A DNA stretch of 50,077 nucleotides, taken from Candidatus Parcubacteria bacterium (GTDB lineage: Bacteria; Patescibacteriota; Minisyncoccia; UBA6257; 2-01-FULL-56-20). A program made the translations under genes and the position numbers. The notes below the pieces were generated by a model. It saw nothing but the letters and a program-made list of their open reading frames with translations. It made no database searches and was not told where the DNA came from. Location of the stretch: NCBI GenBank assembly GCA_027324805.1, contig DAHVRZ010000005.1, positions 1 to 50,077 on the forward strand. The letters run 5' to 3'. Below are positions 18,928-28,165 of the stretch, one piece after another. The number at the start of each line of letters is the position of its first letter. The first letter of the stretch is position 1.

Positions 18928-20154
18928 ATGCGCCAATCCCAGCTGTTTACAAAGACGCAGAAGACCGCCCCAAAGGACGAGACGGCGCAGAATGCCCAGC
19001 TCCTTACGCGCGGAGGGTTTATTTATAAGAATTCCGCGGGCGTGTATTCGTTCCTCCCGCTTGGCTGGCAGGTGATCAAGAATATTTCGCAGATCGTGCG
19101 CGAGGAAATGGATGCGATAGGCGGAACGGAGATGCTTATGTCCGCACTGCACGACAAGCATTATCTCCAGGCGACGGGGCGCTGGGATGTGGACGTGGTC
19201 TATAAAGTGATCGCGGGCGGCGATAAAGAGCCGGCGGCGAACATCAGCTGGACGCACGAGGAGATCCTCGCCGAGATCGCGACGAAATACGTGAACTCCT
19301 ATAAGGATCTTCCGTTCGCCGCATACCAGATCCAGACGAAGTTCCGCCACGAGCCGCGGGCAAAATCCGGTCTGCTCCGCGGACGCGAGTTCCTTATGAA
19401 GGACCTCTACAGCTTCCACGTTTCGGAAGACGATCTTTACCGCTATTACGCCAACGTCGCCGAAGCCTATAAAAAAGTGTTCGAACGGTGCGGGCTCAAA
19501 GCGTACTATACGCTTGCGGCGGGCGGCGATTTTACGGTGAGCAATACGCATGAGTTCCAGGTGGAATCTCCGGTCGGCGAGGATACGGTCTACGTATGCA
19601 CGAAGTGCGAATACGCCGAGAACAAGGAGGTTTCACAGGCGAAGGACGGTGGTGCGTGCCCGAAGTGCGGAGGCGCGATGCGCGAAATAAAATCGATCGA
19701 GGTGGGCAACATCTTCCCGCTCGGAACGAAATATTCGAAGGCATTCGGCCTTACCTTCACGAACGAGAAAGGCGAACGGCAGGACGTGGTCATGGGCTCC
19801 TATGGTATCGGTATTTCGCGGCTCATGGGGACGCTTGTCGAGGTGTATCATGACGAAAAGGGGATTCTATGGCCGGAGGCGATCGCGCCTTTCAATGCGC
19901 ACCTTTTGGCATTGAATGGGGCCGATGGAGCGCCCGTTTACGATGCTTTACAAACCGCAGGGGTCAAAGTACTCTATGACGATAGGGAAGCGACTCCCGG
20001 CGAGAAATTCGCGGATGCCGATCTTATGGGCATTCCGTGGCGTATCGTCGTGAGTCCGAAGGTCGGCGAAGGCAAGGTTGAATTGAAACGGCGCGCCGAA
20101 GCGGAATCGCGCATTGTGGATTTTGACGAAGCTCTCAGAATCATTAAACACTAA
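18928..20154 (+). CDS. proS: Proline--tRNA ligase (short form without INS editing domain)
   Basis: MRQSQLF, GVYSFLPLG, THEE, YQIQTKFRHEPRAKSGLLRGREFLMKD, IEVGNIF.LGTKYS, MGSYGIG. Confidence 0.96.
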   Translation: MRQSQLFTKTQKTAPKDETAQNAQLLTRGGFIYKNSAGVYSFLPLGWQVIKNISQIVREEMDAIGGTEMLMSALHDKHYLQATGRWDVDVVYKVIAGGDKEPAANISWTHEEILAEIATKYVNSYKDLPFAAYQIQTKFRHEPRAKSGLLRGREFLMKDLYSFHVSEDDLYRYYANVAEAYKKVFERCGLKAYYTLAAGGDFTVSNTHEFQVESPVGEDTVYVCTKCEYAENKEVSQAKDGGACPKCGGAMREIKSIEVGNIFPLGTKYSKAFGLTFTNEKGERQDVVMGSYGIGISRLMGTLVEVYHDEKGILWPEAIAPFNAHLLALNGADGAPVYDALQTAGVKVLYDDREATPGEKFADADLMGIPWRIVVSPKVGEGKVELKRRAEAESRIVDFDEALRIIKH

Positions 20155-20183
20155 ATAAAATTTCATTAATCAAGTTTTTCCCC

Positions 20184-21227
20184 ATGGCTCTCTTTGGTAA
20201 TGTCTTCAAGGACATCGGCATCGATCTCGGGACGGCGAATTCCCTCATCTATATAAAGGGACGCGGCATCGTGGTGAACGAACCTTCGGTCGCCGCCATC
20301 AATACAAAGACGAACCACGTACTTGCGGTGGGCGATGAGGCGAAGAAGATGCTCGGCCGCGTACCCCCGCACATCAGCGTGATCCGACCGCTCGTGAACG
20401 GAGTGATCTCCGATTTCGAGATGACCGAAGAGATGCTTCGACACCTTTTGAATCGTCCGAAGGCGCATCCCGTCATGTCGTATCGCCGCGCGCTTCTTGC
20501 CATTCCGAACAATCTCACCGAGGTCGAGCGGAAGTCCGTCGAGGATGCGGCGCTCAATGCCGGATGTGCGAAGGTGTATCTCGTGGAATCGCCGATTGCG
20601 GCAGCACTCGGTGCGGGACTGCCGATCACCGTACCCGAGGCGAGCCTTATCATCGATATCGGCGGCGGCACGACGGATATCGCCGTGATCTCCATGGGCG
20701 GCGTTGTCGTTTCGCGCACACTGAAGATCGCGGGCGACCGCTTCAACGAGGAGATCATTCATTTCGTCCGCGAAGAGTTCCATCTTGCGATCGGCGAACC
20801 GACGGCCGAGTATGCCAAAATCGCGGTCGGATCCGCGGTTCCGCTCGACGAACGCATCGAGGTTCCTATCCGGGGGCGTGATTTTGAAACGGGCCTTCCG
20901 CGCGAGATCGCAATGAAGAACAATCACGTGCGCATGGCGCTTTCGAAATCGCTCCGGGCGATCGTCGATGCGGTGCACGAGGTGATCGAGGAGACCCCGC
21001 CGGAACTCGCGGGTGACGTCCTGCGCCAAGGCATCGTGATGTGCGGCGGTGGCGCGCTCTTGCGCGGTCTCGATGAACTTATCGAAAAGGAAACCGGCGT
21101 CACCGTGACGGTGGCGGACGATCCACTGACGTGCGTTGCGCGCGGCCTCGGCCAGATGGTCGACGATTTCGATGCCCACCGGGAACTTCTCGACAATCCC
21201 TTGAAACCGCTTTCGATCAATCTCTAG
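20184..21227 (+). CDS. mreB: Rod shape-determining protein MreB
   Basis: IGIDLGTAN, NEPSV, DIGGGTTD, GGGALLRG, DPLTCVARG. Confidence 0.97.
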   Translation: MALFGNVFKDIGIDLGTANSLIYIKGRGIVVNEPSVAAINTKTNHVLAVGDEAKKMLGRVPPHISVIRPLVNGVISDFEMTEEMLRHLLNRPKAHPVMSYRRALLAIPNNLTEVERKSVEDAALNAGCAKVYLVESPIAAALGAGLPITVPEASLIIDIGGGTTDIAVISMGGVVVSRTLKIAGDRFNEEIIHFVREEFHLAIGEPTAEYAKIAVGSAVPLDERIEVPIRGRDFETGLPREIAMKNNHVRMALSKSLRAIVDAVHEVIEETPPELAGDVLRQGIVMCGGGALLRGLDELIEKETGVTVTVADDPLTCVARGLGQMVDDFDAHRELLDNPLKPLSINL

Positions 21228-21249
21228 TGCATTATGCGCCCGTAATACG

Positions 21250-21948
21250 ATGACATCGGAAAGGAAATCGAACATCCTCCTTTTAAGCGCTCTCATCGTC
21301 ATACTTCTCTTCTTTGTTGTTTTTGAACCCTCGTACGGTTGGAAGATTCGTTCATTTTTCACGCCAATAAGCGGGGCATCATCGTCCGTTACGGGCGGGA
21401 ACGCGATGGATGGGCTCATCGCGGAAAACGACCAGTTGAAGGCCCAGCTCGCCGAGCTACAGGGGGTCGCCGCGGAACTTCCGACCTCCACGCCGAACTA
21501 TCTCCGTGCGATGGTCTATTCGCGCTATCCGCTCAATTTCAAAAATGAACTTTTCGTGGATGCCGGTGCGGATGACGGCGTTGCGACGGGGAGTGCCGTG
21601 GTGTACCGGGGGCTGCTCGTCGGGCGAATCGTGGAAACATGGACTCATTACTCCGCGGTGCAGACGGTGTTCGATAATGATTTCCGGCTGCCGGTGCGCA
21701 TCGGATCAAGCGGGTATGACGGGCTCCTCACCGGCGGTTCATATCCGTTCGTCGCCTCGATCGCCAAAGGTTCGTCGGTGGCCGCAGGGGATATTGTTGC
21801 GAGCGCCGCGACGGGCGTTCCGTACGCGCTGCCGGTGGGCGAGATTCGGTCCACGAGCACATCGCCCGACAATCTTTTCGAGCAGGCGTCGATCGTCTTT
21901 CCATATGATATCAATCAGGTCGAGACGGTGCTGATCGCGAAACCATGA
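21250..21948 (+). CDS. mreC: Rod shape-determining protein MreC
   Basis: TM, coiled coil LIAENDQLKAQL, DAG..DGV..G..V...LVGRI; directly follows mreB. Confidence 0.88.
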   Translation: MTSERKSNILLLSALIVILLFFVVFEPSYGWKIRSFFTPISGASSSVTGGNAMDGLIAENDQLKAQLAELQGVAAELPTSTPNYLRAMVYSRYPLNFKNELFVDAGADDGVATGSAVVYRGLLVGRIVETWTHYSAVQTVFDNDFRLPVRIGSSGYDGLLTGGSYPFVASIAKGSSVAAGDIVASAATGVPYALPVGEIRSTSTSPDNLFEQASIVFPYDINQVETVLIAKP

Positions 21949-22379
21949 GCTTCCGCTCTTTTGTCGCGCTCCTTATCCTGTTCCTTTCCTGCGGATTTCA
22001 GTTTTTCCTTGGATCGGTCGGTATATTTGCGAATCTCATTCTCGCTGCGCTTATTGCGTTCGCTTTCTATTTTGACTGGCTCGAACTTGCGGTGTTCGTG
22101 CTGTTTGCCGTGTTCGTGCTGAACTGGGAGCCCGCAGTGAGTTCCGCTATCGTTATCTTCGCCGCGATCCCCTTTGTCGCATATGCGTTCCGCAGATTTT
22201 TTTCCTGGACGCCGTGGGCGGGGGTGCCTATCGTTATCATCTGCAGTTTCGTCGTATTCTATCTCGCGATTGCGCCACGAATGTTCGCGGTTGCCTTGCC
22301 GTCGGTCCTGCTCGACATTGCAGGAAGTCTTGTTTTCGGTGAACTCGTGATTGCGACGCTCGTGAGGGCGGAGCGCTGA
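21945..22379 (+). CDS. mreD: MreD-like membrane protein
   Basis: Highly hydrophobic 144-aa protein between mreC and pbp2; assignment is mainly by synteny. Confidence 0.6.
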   Translation: MSFRSFVALLILFLSCGFQFFLGSVGIFANLILAALIAFAFYFDWLELAVFVLFAVFVLNWEPAVSSAIVIFAAIPFVAYAFRRFFSWTPWAGVPIVIICSFVVFYLAIAPRMFAVALPSVLLDIAGSLVFGELVIATLVRAER

Positions 22380-22410
22380 CAAGGTCCTTTTTTATGGTAT
22401 AATCTGCGCA

Positions 22411-24390
22411 ATGAGGCGCCATAACGACATTCCATTCGAGGATTCATTGAACGACGATTGGAGCCGCGACCTTAATATGGTCGAGGTCCCTCTCGGCAAC
22501 CGGCCGCTTGCGGCGCTTGCGATCGTCGTGCTCGGCGTGGTCCTTGCGGTGTTCGGCAAGGTCGCCTATCTTAACGTCTTCAAAGGGGCATATTATGACG
22601 CGCGTGCCGCGGATAATGCGGCGCAGTCCGTGAGCGCTCCGGCGCCTCGCGGAATCATTTACGACGCCGAAGGTGATCCACTCGCCGAGAACAAGGCAGT
22701 GTTCACCGCCGAGCTGGATGCCGAGAAGTTCATCCGCGCCGACGCATCGCTCCAGAGTTCGACGCTCGGTGCCGTATCATCCATCCTTGGCGTGCCGACG
22801 TCCACGTTCTGGTCGCTCCTTGCTTCGAGCTCGGCCCAGGATTTTGCGACGCCGGTCGTTCTTTCCGAAAATCTCAGCCAGACCCAGCTCGTCAATCTGC
22901 AGGCGCTCGCCCTGCCAACGATCGCGATCGGCGGCAATTTCGAGCGCATCTATCCGGATGGGCAGATATTCTCATCGGTCGTCGGTTATACCGGGCGCGT
23001 GACACAAGCCGACCTTACGGCCGATCCGCTGCTCAACGCGTATGATTTTATCGGCAAGACGGGCATCGAGGCGGAATACGACACCGCGCTCCAGGGCAAG
23101 CCCGGCGTTGATATAACTTTCACGAATGCACAGGGGCACGTGCTTGGCGAAAAACAGCAATCGGCGCCCGCGATCGGCGATCCGGTGCATCTTACGATCG
23201 ACGGCGGTCTGCAGAAGGAACTTTACGGCGCCATCACGAACGAACTCGCCATCCTTGGACGGCAGGTCGGCATGGGACTTGCGATCGATCCGCAGACGGG
23301 TGCCGTGCTCGCGCTCGCGAATGTACCCGGGTATGACAATAACGTGTTCACCCAACCATCACCTTCGAGCTCGGCCGTGATCGGAAGCCTGCTCACTTCG
23401 CCGTTAAATCCGATGTTCGACCGCATCGTGTCGGGCAACTACAACCCCGGTTCGACGATAAAACCGCTTGATGGCGTTGCGATCATGAAAGAAGGGATCG
23501 TATCGCCGACGCGACAGATTTTTTCGCCGGGCTATCTGATGGTGCCGAACAAGTACGATCCTTCGCATCCAACAAAATATCTCGATTGGCAGTACCAAGG
23601 CAGTGTCGATCTTGCATCCGCACTCGCACAATCGTCGGATGTCTATTTCTATGTCACGGTCGGCGGATCGCCGGCCATGACGACGCCGCCCATCAATGAT
23701 GCAAGCGATTATGGCGTCGGCGGTCTTGGCGTGAGCAAACTGTTCGATTGGTGGACTACGTTCGGTCTCGGCAAGAAGACCGGTATCGACCTTCCGGGCG
23801 AGGCAAGCGGTTTCCTTCCGACACCGTCATGGAAAGAGAAGGTGCAGGGCACATCCTGGCTTCTTGGCGATACCTATAACGTCGCGATCGGACAGGGTTC
23901 TCTTACGGTGACGCCGCTTCAGCTTCTCAGCTACATCGATGCGATTGCGAACGGAGGGACGCTGTGGCGGCCATTCCTTAATGCCAGCTTGACGCCGTAT
24001 GTGAATGCCGACCTCACATATCTTGCGCCGCAAATCGAAGAGGTTCAGCAAGGATTGCTTGCGGGCGTGAATTCGCCGAAGGGCACGTCGCATATGCTCT
24101 CCGATCTTCCTATTCAGGCGTGCGCGAAGACGGGAAGCGCTCAGGTCAAGGATAACTCCCAGGAAAATGCTCTTTTTGTCGGATATCTTCCATGCAACCC
24201 GAACGCCCCGGATGATGGAACGCCGCAGATCGCACTCATCATCCTCATCGAGAACTCGAAACAGGGGAGTCTCAATGCGGTGCCTATCGCCAATCAGGTC
24301 TTTAATTGGTATTATGAAAACCGTATAAAGGGGCAGTCTTCGAGCACGCCTTCTCTTTCCTCTTCTTCCATTCCTTCCATAAAACAATGA
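22411..24390 (+). CDS. mrdA: Penicillin-binding protein 2 (class B transpeptidase)
   Basis: APRG.IYD, GKTGIE, LTID, PGSTIKP (SxxK), SSDVYFY, IGQG, KTGSAQ. Confidence 0.93.
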   Translation: MRRHNDIPFEDSLNDDWSRDLNMVEVPLGNRPLAALAIVVLGVVLAVFGKVAYLNVFKGAYYDARAADNAAQSVSAPAPRGIIYDAEGDPLAENKAVFTAELDAEKFIRADASLQSSTLGAVSSILGVPTSTFWSLLASSSAQDFATPVVLSENLSQTQLVNLQALALPTIAIGGNFERIYPDGQIFSSVVGYTGRVTQADLTADPLLNAYDFIGKTGIEAEYDTALQGKPGVDITFTNAQGHVLGEKQQSAPAIGDPVHLTIDGGLQKELYGAITNELAILGRQVGMGLAIDPQTGAVLALANVPGYDNNVFTQPSPSSSAVIGSLLTSPLNPMFDRIVSGNYNPGSTIKPLDGVAIMKEGIVSPTRQIFSPGYLMVPNKYDPSHPTKYLDWQYQGSVDLASALAQSSDVYFYVTVGGSPAMTTPPINDASDYGVGGLGVSKLFDWWTTFGLGKKTGIDLPGEASGFLPTPSWKEKVQGTSWLLGDTYNVAIGQGSLTVTPLQLLSYIDAIANGGTLWRPFLNASLTPYVNADLTYLAPQIEEVQQGLLAGVNSPKGTSHMLSDLPIQACAKTGSAQVKDNSQENALFVGYLPCNPNAPDDGTPQIALIILIENSKQGSLNAVPIANQVFNWYYENRIKGQSSSTPSLSSSSIPSIKQ

Positions 24391-25373
24391 GCGAACTTCG
24401 ACAAGATCTTGTTTCGGGCGATTGGATATTGCTTGCGCCCGGACGGGCAACCCGTCCGAGATTTTTGGATGCGAAGCGTAAGCTCCGCAAGCCACTCCCC
24501 AAAAGAAAATGTCCCTTTGAGGATCTTTCAACGGCGAGTTCAGAGCCGCCTCTCTTTCTTTCTCCCGAGGGAAAGAATTGGAACATTGCGGTAATCCGTA
24601 ATAAATATCCAGCCGTTACCGAGGATGGCGAACATTCCAAACCGTTCCATCACGGCATTTATCTCGGGCGCATGGCCATAGGTACGCATAATCTCCTTAT
24701 TACAAGGGATCATTATGCTCCGTTCGCCGCCCTTCCCGTTGCGGACGCCGTATCGGTATTCGCGACGATCAGGGAATTCCACCGCGCTGCGGCAAAGGAT
24801 GCGTGCGTGAGATATATTTCTTCATTTTATAATTATGGGACGCTTGCGGGTTCGTCCGTATGGCATCCCCATTATCAGATGCTCGCCCTTCCCATCACTC
24901 CCGACCACGTGGAGCATTCCCTTCGCGGAGCTTCGGACTATTTCCGGAAGCATAAGCGGTGCGTGCGGTGCGATATCATCCGCGCCGAACGGATGGAAAA
25001 AACGAGGGTCATTGCGGAAAACGCACATGCGGTCGCGATCGCACCCTACGCATCAAAAAAACCGTTCGAGATAAGCGTCCTTCCAAAACACCATTTTTCG
25101 TCGCTGCGCGATACGTCGCCCGCAGCGCTCCGCGGTGTCGCGCTCCTGACCCGCGAGATCGCGGGACGTTTCAAGCGTTACCTCAACGATCCGGATTTCA
25201 ATTTCTATATCCACGATACGCCATTCGGCAAACATGACCATCGGCACCACCATTGGCACGTCGAAATGGTGCCGAGAATGACCACAGATGCCGGGTTCGA
25301 GCTCTCGACAAGCATCATAATCAACATCGTTGATCCCGACCATGCCGCCGCGATCCTGCGTGGGGAGCGGTAG
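24387..25373 (+). CDS. galT: Galactose-1-phosphate uridylyltransferase-like (GalT branch of HIT family)
   Basis: MSELRQD.VSGDW...AP.R..RP, CPF, NKYPA, N.G..AGSS..HPH.Q, C..C, HWH.E..PR. Confidence 0.85.
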   Translation: MSELRQDLVSGDWILLAPGRATRPRFLDAKRKLRKPLPKRKCPFEDLSTASSEPPLFLSPEGKNWNIAVIRNKYPAVTEDGEHSKPFHHGIYLGRMAIGTHNLLITRDHYAPFAALPVADAVSVFATIREFHRAAAKDACVRYISSFYNYGTLAGSSVWHPHYQMLALPITPDHVEHSLRGASDYFRKHKRCVRCDIIRAERMEKTRVIAENAHAVAIAPYASKKPFEISVLPKHHFSSLRDTSPAALRGVALLTREIAGRFKRYLNDPDFNFYIHDTPFGKHDHRHHHWHVEMVPRMTTDAGFELSTSIIINIVDPDHAAAILRGER

Positions 25374-25403
25374 GCCGTGCATTTATATACCATCATCATT
25401 ACC

Positions 25404-25766
25404 ATGGCGGAATTGATCGGCGGCAAACATAGATCGATAGTTGCAATGGGCACCGCGGCGCTCGCATTCGCGGGAGGGGGGTTCATGTGGGCGCTCGCGG
25501 CGCTCGGGGAGAGGGGAAACGGCGGTGTCGCCGCGGGACCGTTCATCCTTCATTTCAACGACATTTCCGGCATCACGCAGGTTGGTTCCGTGGGGGAGCT
25601 TGCACGTGCGGGGATCTTTGCCGTGGTTGCGGTCATTGCGAGTTTCGCTGTGGCATTCGAGCTTGATCGGCGCGATCGCATACTCGGCAAACTCATGGCT
25701 GCCGTCACCCTTGCCGCGACGGTCTTGCTTTTTATCGCCTGTGCGGCTATACTGAACGTCAATTGA
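25404..25766 (+). CDS. Hypothetical membrane protein
   Basis: Three hydrophobic segments with an ILHF....GI loop; fills the gap before rplU. Confidence 0.65.
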   Translation: MAELIGGKHRSIVAMGTAALAFAGGGFMWALAALGERGNGGVAAGPFILHFNDISGITQVGSVGELARAGIFAVVAVIASFAVAFELDRRDRILGKLMAAVTLAATVLLFIACAAILNVN

Positions 25767-25777
25767 TACTAAACCCT

Positions 25778-26095
25778 ATGGCTAAGGATTTTGCGATTAT
25801 TTTGACCGGCGGCAAGCAATATAAGGTGTCCGCGGGCGACAAGCTCAAAGTGGAGAATATCGAAGGCGCCGAAGAGGGCGGAACGGTGGTCTTTGATGCC
25901 GTCCTTCTGCGCTCCTCCGACGGTTCGGTTGAAGTCGGCGCGCCTCACGTTGCCGGAGCCAAAGCCGAGGCAAAGGTTTTGCGTAATGCACGGGAGAAGA
26001 AAAAGATCATTTTCAAATATCATCCGAAGACCCGCAGCCGCCGAAAGAAGGGGCATCGTCAGGAGTTCACGGAAATCGAGATCACGAAGATCTAA
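25778..26095 (+). CDS. rplU: 50S ribosomal protein L21
   Basis: FAIILTGGKQYKV..GD...VG.P.V...KGHRQ.FT.I.I. Confidence 0.97.
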   Translation: MAKDFAIILTGGKQYKVSAGDKLKVENIEGAEEGGTVVFDAVLLRSSDGSVEVGAPHVAGAKAEAKVLRNAREKKKIIFKYHPKTRSRRKKGHRQEFTEIEITKI

Positions 26096-26103
26096 CGAAT
26101 CAG

Positions 26104-26129
26104 GAAAGCCGCCCGGGAGGGCGGCTTTC
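26104..26129. terminator. Bidirectional terminator
   Basis: gaaagccgccc-ggga-gggcggctttc between convergent genes. Confidence 0.8.
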
Positions 26130-27660
26130 AGTTTATGTAAAATATGTCAGCGGAAGGGGTGCCGACGGGCATGGTATCCATTCCCATCGTCGGACTTCCG
26201 GGAACTATATAGTGGATATTGCGTGCCGCGGCGTCCGCGCCGGTGAAAGAGTGTGTGACGAACATTACTGTTTCGGCAGGAATGGGCACGCCCCGTGCAA
26301 GTACGCCCCCTGCATTTACGACGACATATTTCGGCGTGCTTGAGGGGAGTGCATTTATTGCGTCGCCGACGAGCACGTAATTTTCATTGAACGCACCCGG
26401 AACATTCGGATTTTCCGCCCAGGTGAAGAAATATTCGGTGTAGCCAAAAATGGCGACAATGATGAGGAAAATGATGAGGATGGATCTTGTGATCTCGTTG
26501 CGCCAATGCAGGTGTTCTTCCGCAAAGCGCCAGAGCCACACGCCGCCGACCGTTGCGAAAACAAGTGCTGGTGCAAGTGCGAGGATCGAACGGAGTGCGT
26601 GCGGGATACCTTCATCCGATGCGGCGGCGGGCAGTATTCCGAGGGCAAACCATGCAAACGTAAGCAAAAGAGCGAATGGCGGGAACATGTCGGCCGAAGC
26701 ATCGCTCGCGATGGCGTTGCGTCGCGTGCGCCAGCTTTTTATCAACGAAATGATCGCAATGACGATGCCAAGGAGGAACAGAGTGCCGACGGGCGAAGGG
26801 AGTTCCGCGGCTCCGCTCACATTTTGTCGCCAGTTATAATCGCCGTGCCAATTGAACATGAGCAATTCTTTTGCGATATTCGTCGCGAATACTGCGGCGG
26901 GGTTTGAGCTGCTTGTTACGGCTATTTCGCTCGTGCGGCCGAAGAAACTTCCAGGATGGCTCGCAAAATACCAGCCGATGGGCGTCGCAACGATGATTGT
27001 CGCAATGAGGAATATCGCGGTCTTTTTCCAGAAGCCGGGCTTTCTCAGAAAGAAAGGTATGAACAAAAGGAAAAGTGCAGGTGTATCGCGATAAGCAATG
27101 TAGGTATAGAAACCGGTGCCGTAGATGATGCCGGCAACTGCCGCATACCACCAGCCGGATGCGGTTGTTTTACCATCGCGCTCCGCGCGCAGCGACTTCA
27201 CAAAGAGCCATAACGCCCAAGTAAGGAATAATGGGGCGAGGATCGCACGGAAGCCGATGCGAGAGAAAATGATACCCCAGAAGCTCGTTGCAAGAAGGAA
27301 TGCCGCGAAAAGTCCTGCGGCGTCGCCGAGGAGTTCCGCAATGAGCAGATAAAGCCCCCAGACGGTAAGCACGCCAGCGACCGCGGCGGGCAGGCGCACG
27401 ATCCATGGCTGCGTGGTTTCTGCGGAGGGCACTATTTTGAACGTAAGGGCGAGGATATTCACGTAGAGTCCCTCGCGTCCGTTATCTTCGACATAGAACG
27501 GCTGGAAGTGTCCGGTTTCCGCAACTTCGATCGCATTATTGCCATCCATTGCCTCGTCGGGATAGAGTCCCGAGGGAACGGTGGTTAAATGGTAGAAGCG
27601 GAGGAAGGTTGCTATAATGAGAATACCGACCAACAACGACCATCGAAGGCGTTTGGACAT
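26128..27660 (-). CDS. GT-C fold glycosyltransferase (ArnT/PMT-like)
   Basis: LRFYHL...P.GLYPDEA, RLPAAVAG.LTV, FLLATSFW.IIFSR; many TM helices. Confidence 0.85.
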   Translation of the reverse strand: MSKRLRWSLLVGILIIATFLRFYHLTTVPSGLYPDEAMDGNNAIEVAETGHFQPFYVEDNGREGLYVNILALTFKIVPSAETTQPWIVRLPAAVAGVLTVWGLYLLIAELLGDAAGLFAAFLLATSFWGIIFSRIGFRAILAPLFLTWALWLFVKSLRAERDGKTTASGWWYAAVAGIIYGTGFYTYIAYRDTPALFLLFIPFFLRKPGFWKKTAIFLIATIIVATPIGWYFASHPGSFFGRTSEIAVTSSSNPAAVFATNIAKELLMFNWHGDYNWRQNVSGAAELPSPVGTLFLLGIVIAIISLIKSWRTRRNAIASDASADMFPPFALLLTFAWFALGILPAAASDEGIPHALRSILALAPALVFATVGGVWLWRFAEEHLHWRNEITRSILIIFLIIVAIFGYTEYFFTWAENPNVPGAFNENYVLVGDAINALPSSTPKYVVVNAGGVLARGVPIPAETVMFVTHSFTGADAAARNIHYIVPGSPTMGMDTMPVGTPSADIFYIN

Positions 27661-27683
27661 ATATATCCAGTATAGCAAATCAT

Positions 27684-28127
27684 ATGGACCAACCATCACC
27701 ATCTTCCTTTGAAAAAGAGATCGAATCGGATATTGCGAAGCTTGCCGTAGAGATCAAGAATCGGCGCGAGGGTATTGCCGTCCAGAATTATAATGAACGG
27801 GAGCTTTTGAAGGAGGCGATCCGCGCGTTCCCCAACTTGGAGAAAACCCCCGCGACCGCTCCGATTTCCGCGCCTGCATCGGCTCCCGCCTCCGCTCCGG
27901 TTCCTGCTTCCGCGACGATGTCGAGCGTTCTTCCCGAATATGCGCAAAGCGCCCCGCCGGAGGTGAAGCTTGAGATCGAATACCTGCTTGATACCGCGTT
28001 CCGTCACGGCATCGGCAAGGCACTCGCCGAATCCGAACGATCATCATACTTCGTTCAGGATGCGTTCCATGATGCGCTCGCCGGGAGGCTCTATCCGGAA
28101 TTGCAGAAGCGCGGCATCGTGAAGTAA
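27684..28127 (+). CDS. Hypothetical protein upstream of the VirD4-like ATPase
   Basis: Helical protein with a Pro/Ala linker and C-terminal DAFHDALA..LY.EL..RG. Confidence 0.7.
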   Translation: MDQPSPSSFEKEIESDIAKLAVEIKNRREGIAVQNYNERELLKEAIRAFPNLEKTPATAPISAPASAPASAPVPASATMSSVLPEYAQSAPPEVKLEIEYLLDTAFRHGIGKALAESERSSYFVQDAFHDALAGRLYPELQKRGIVK

Positions 28128-28165
28128 GAGGCTGAGACGTTTTTCCTTGTGCTACAATTAAAGCA

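Noticed and set aside
20166-21491. 441-aa antisense ORF over mreB, and other long antisense ORFs (e.g. 28868-29794, 31102-32088, 47092-48180)
   Set aside because: Shadow frames opposite well-supported genes in GC-rich coding DNA; no recognisable motifs.
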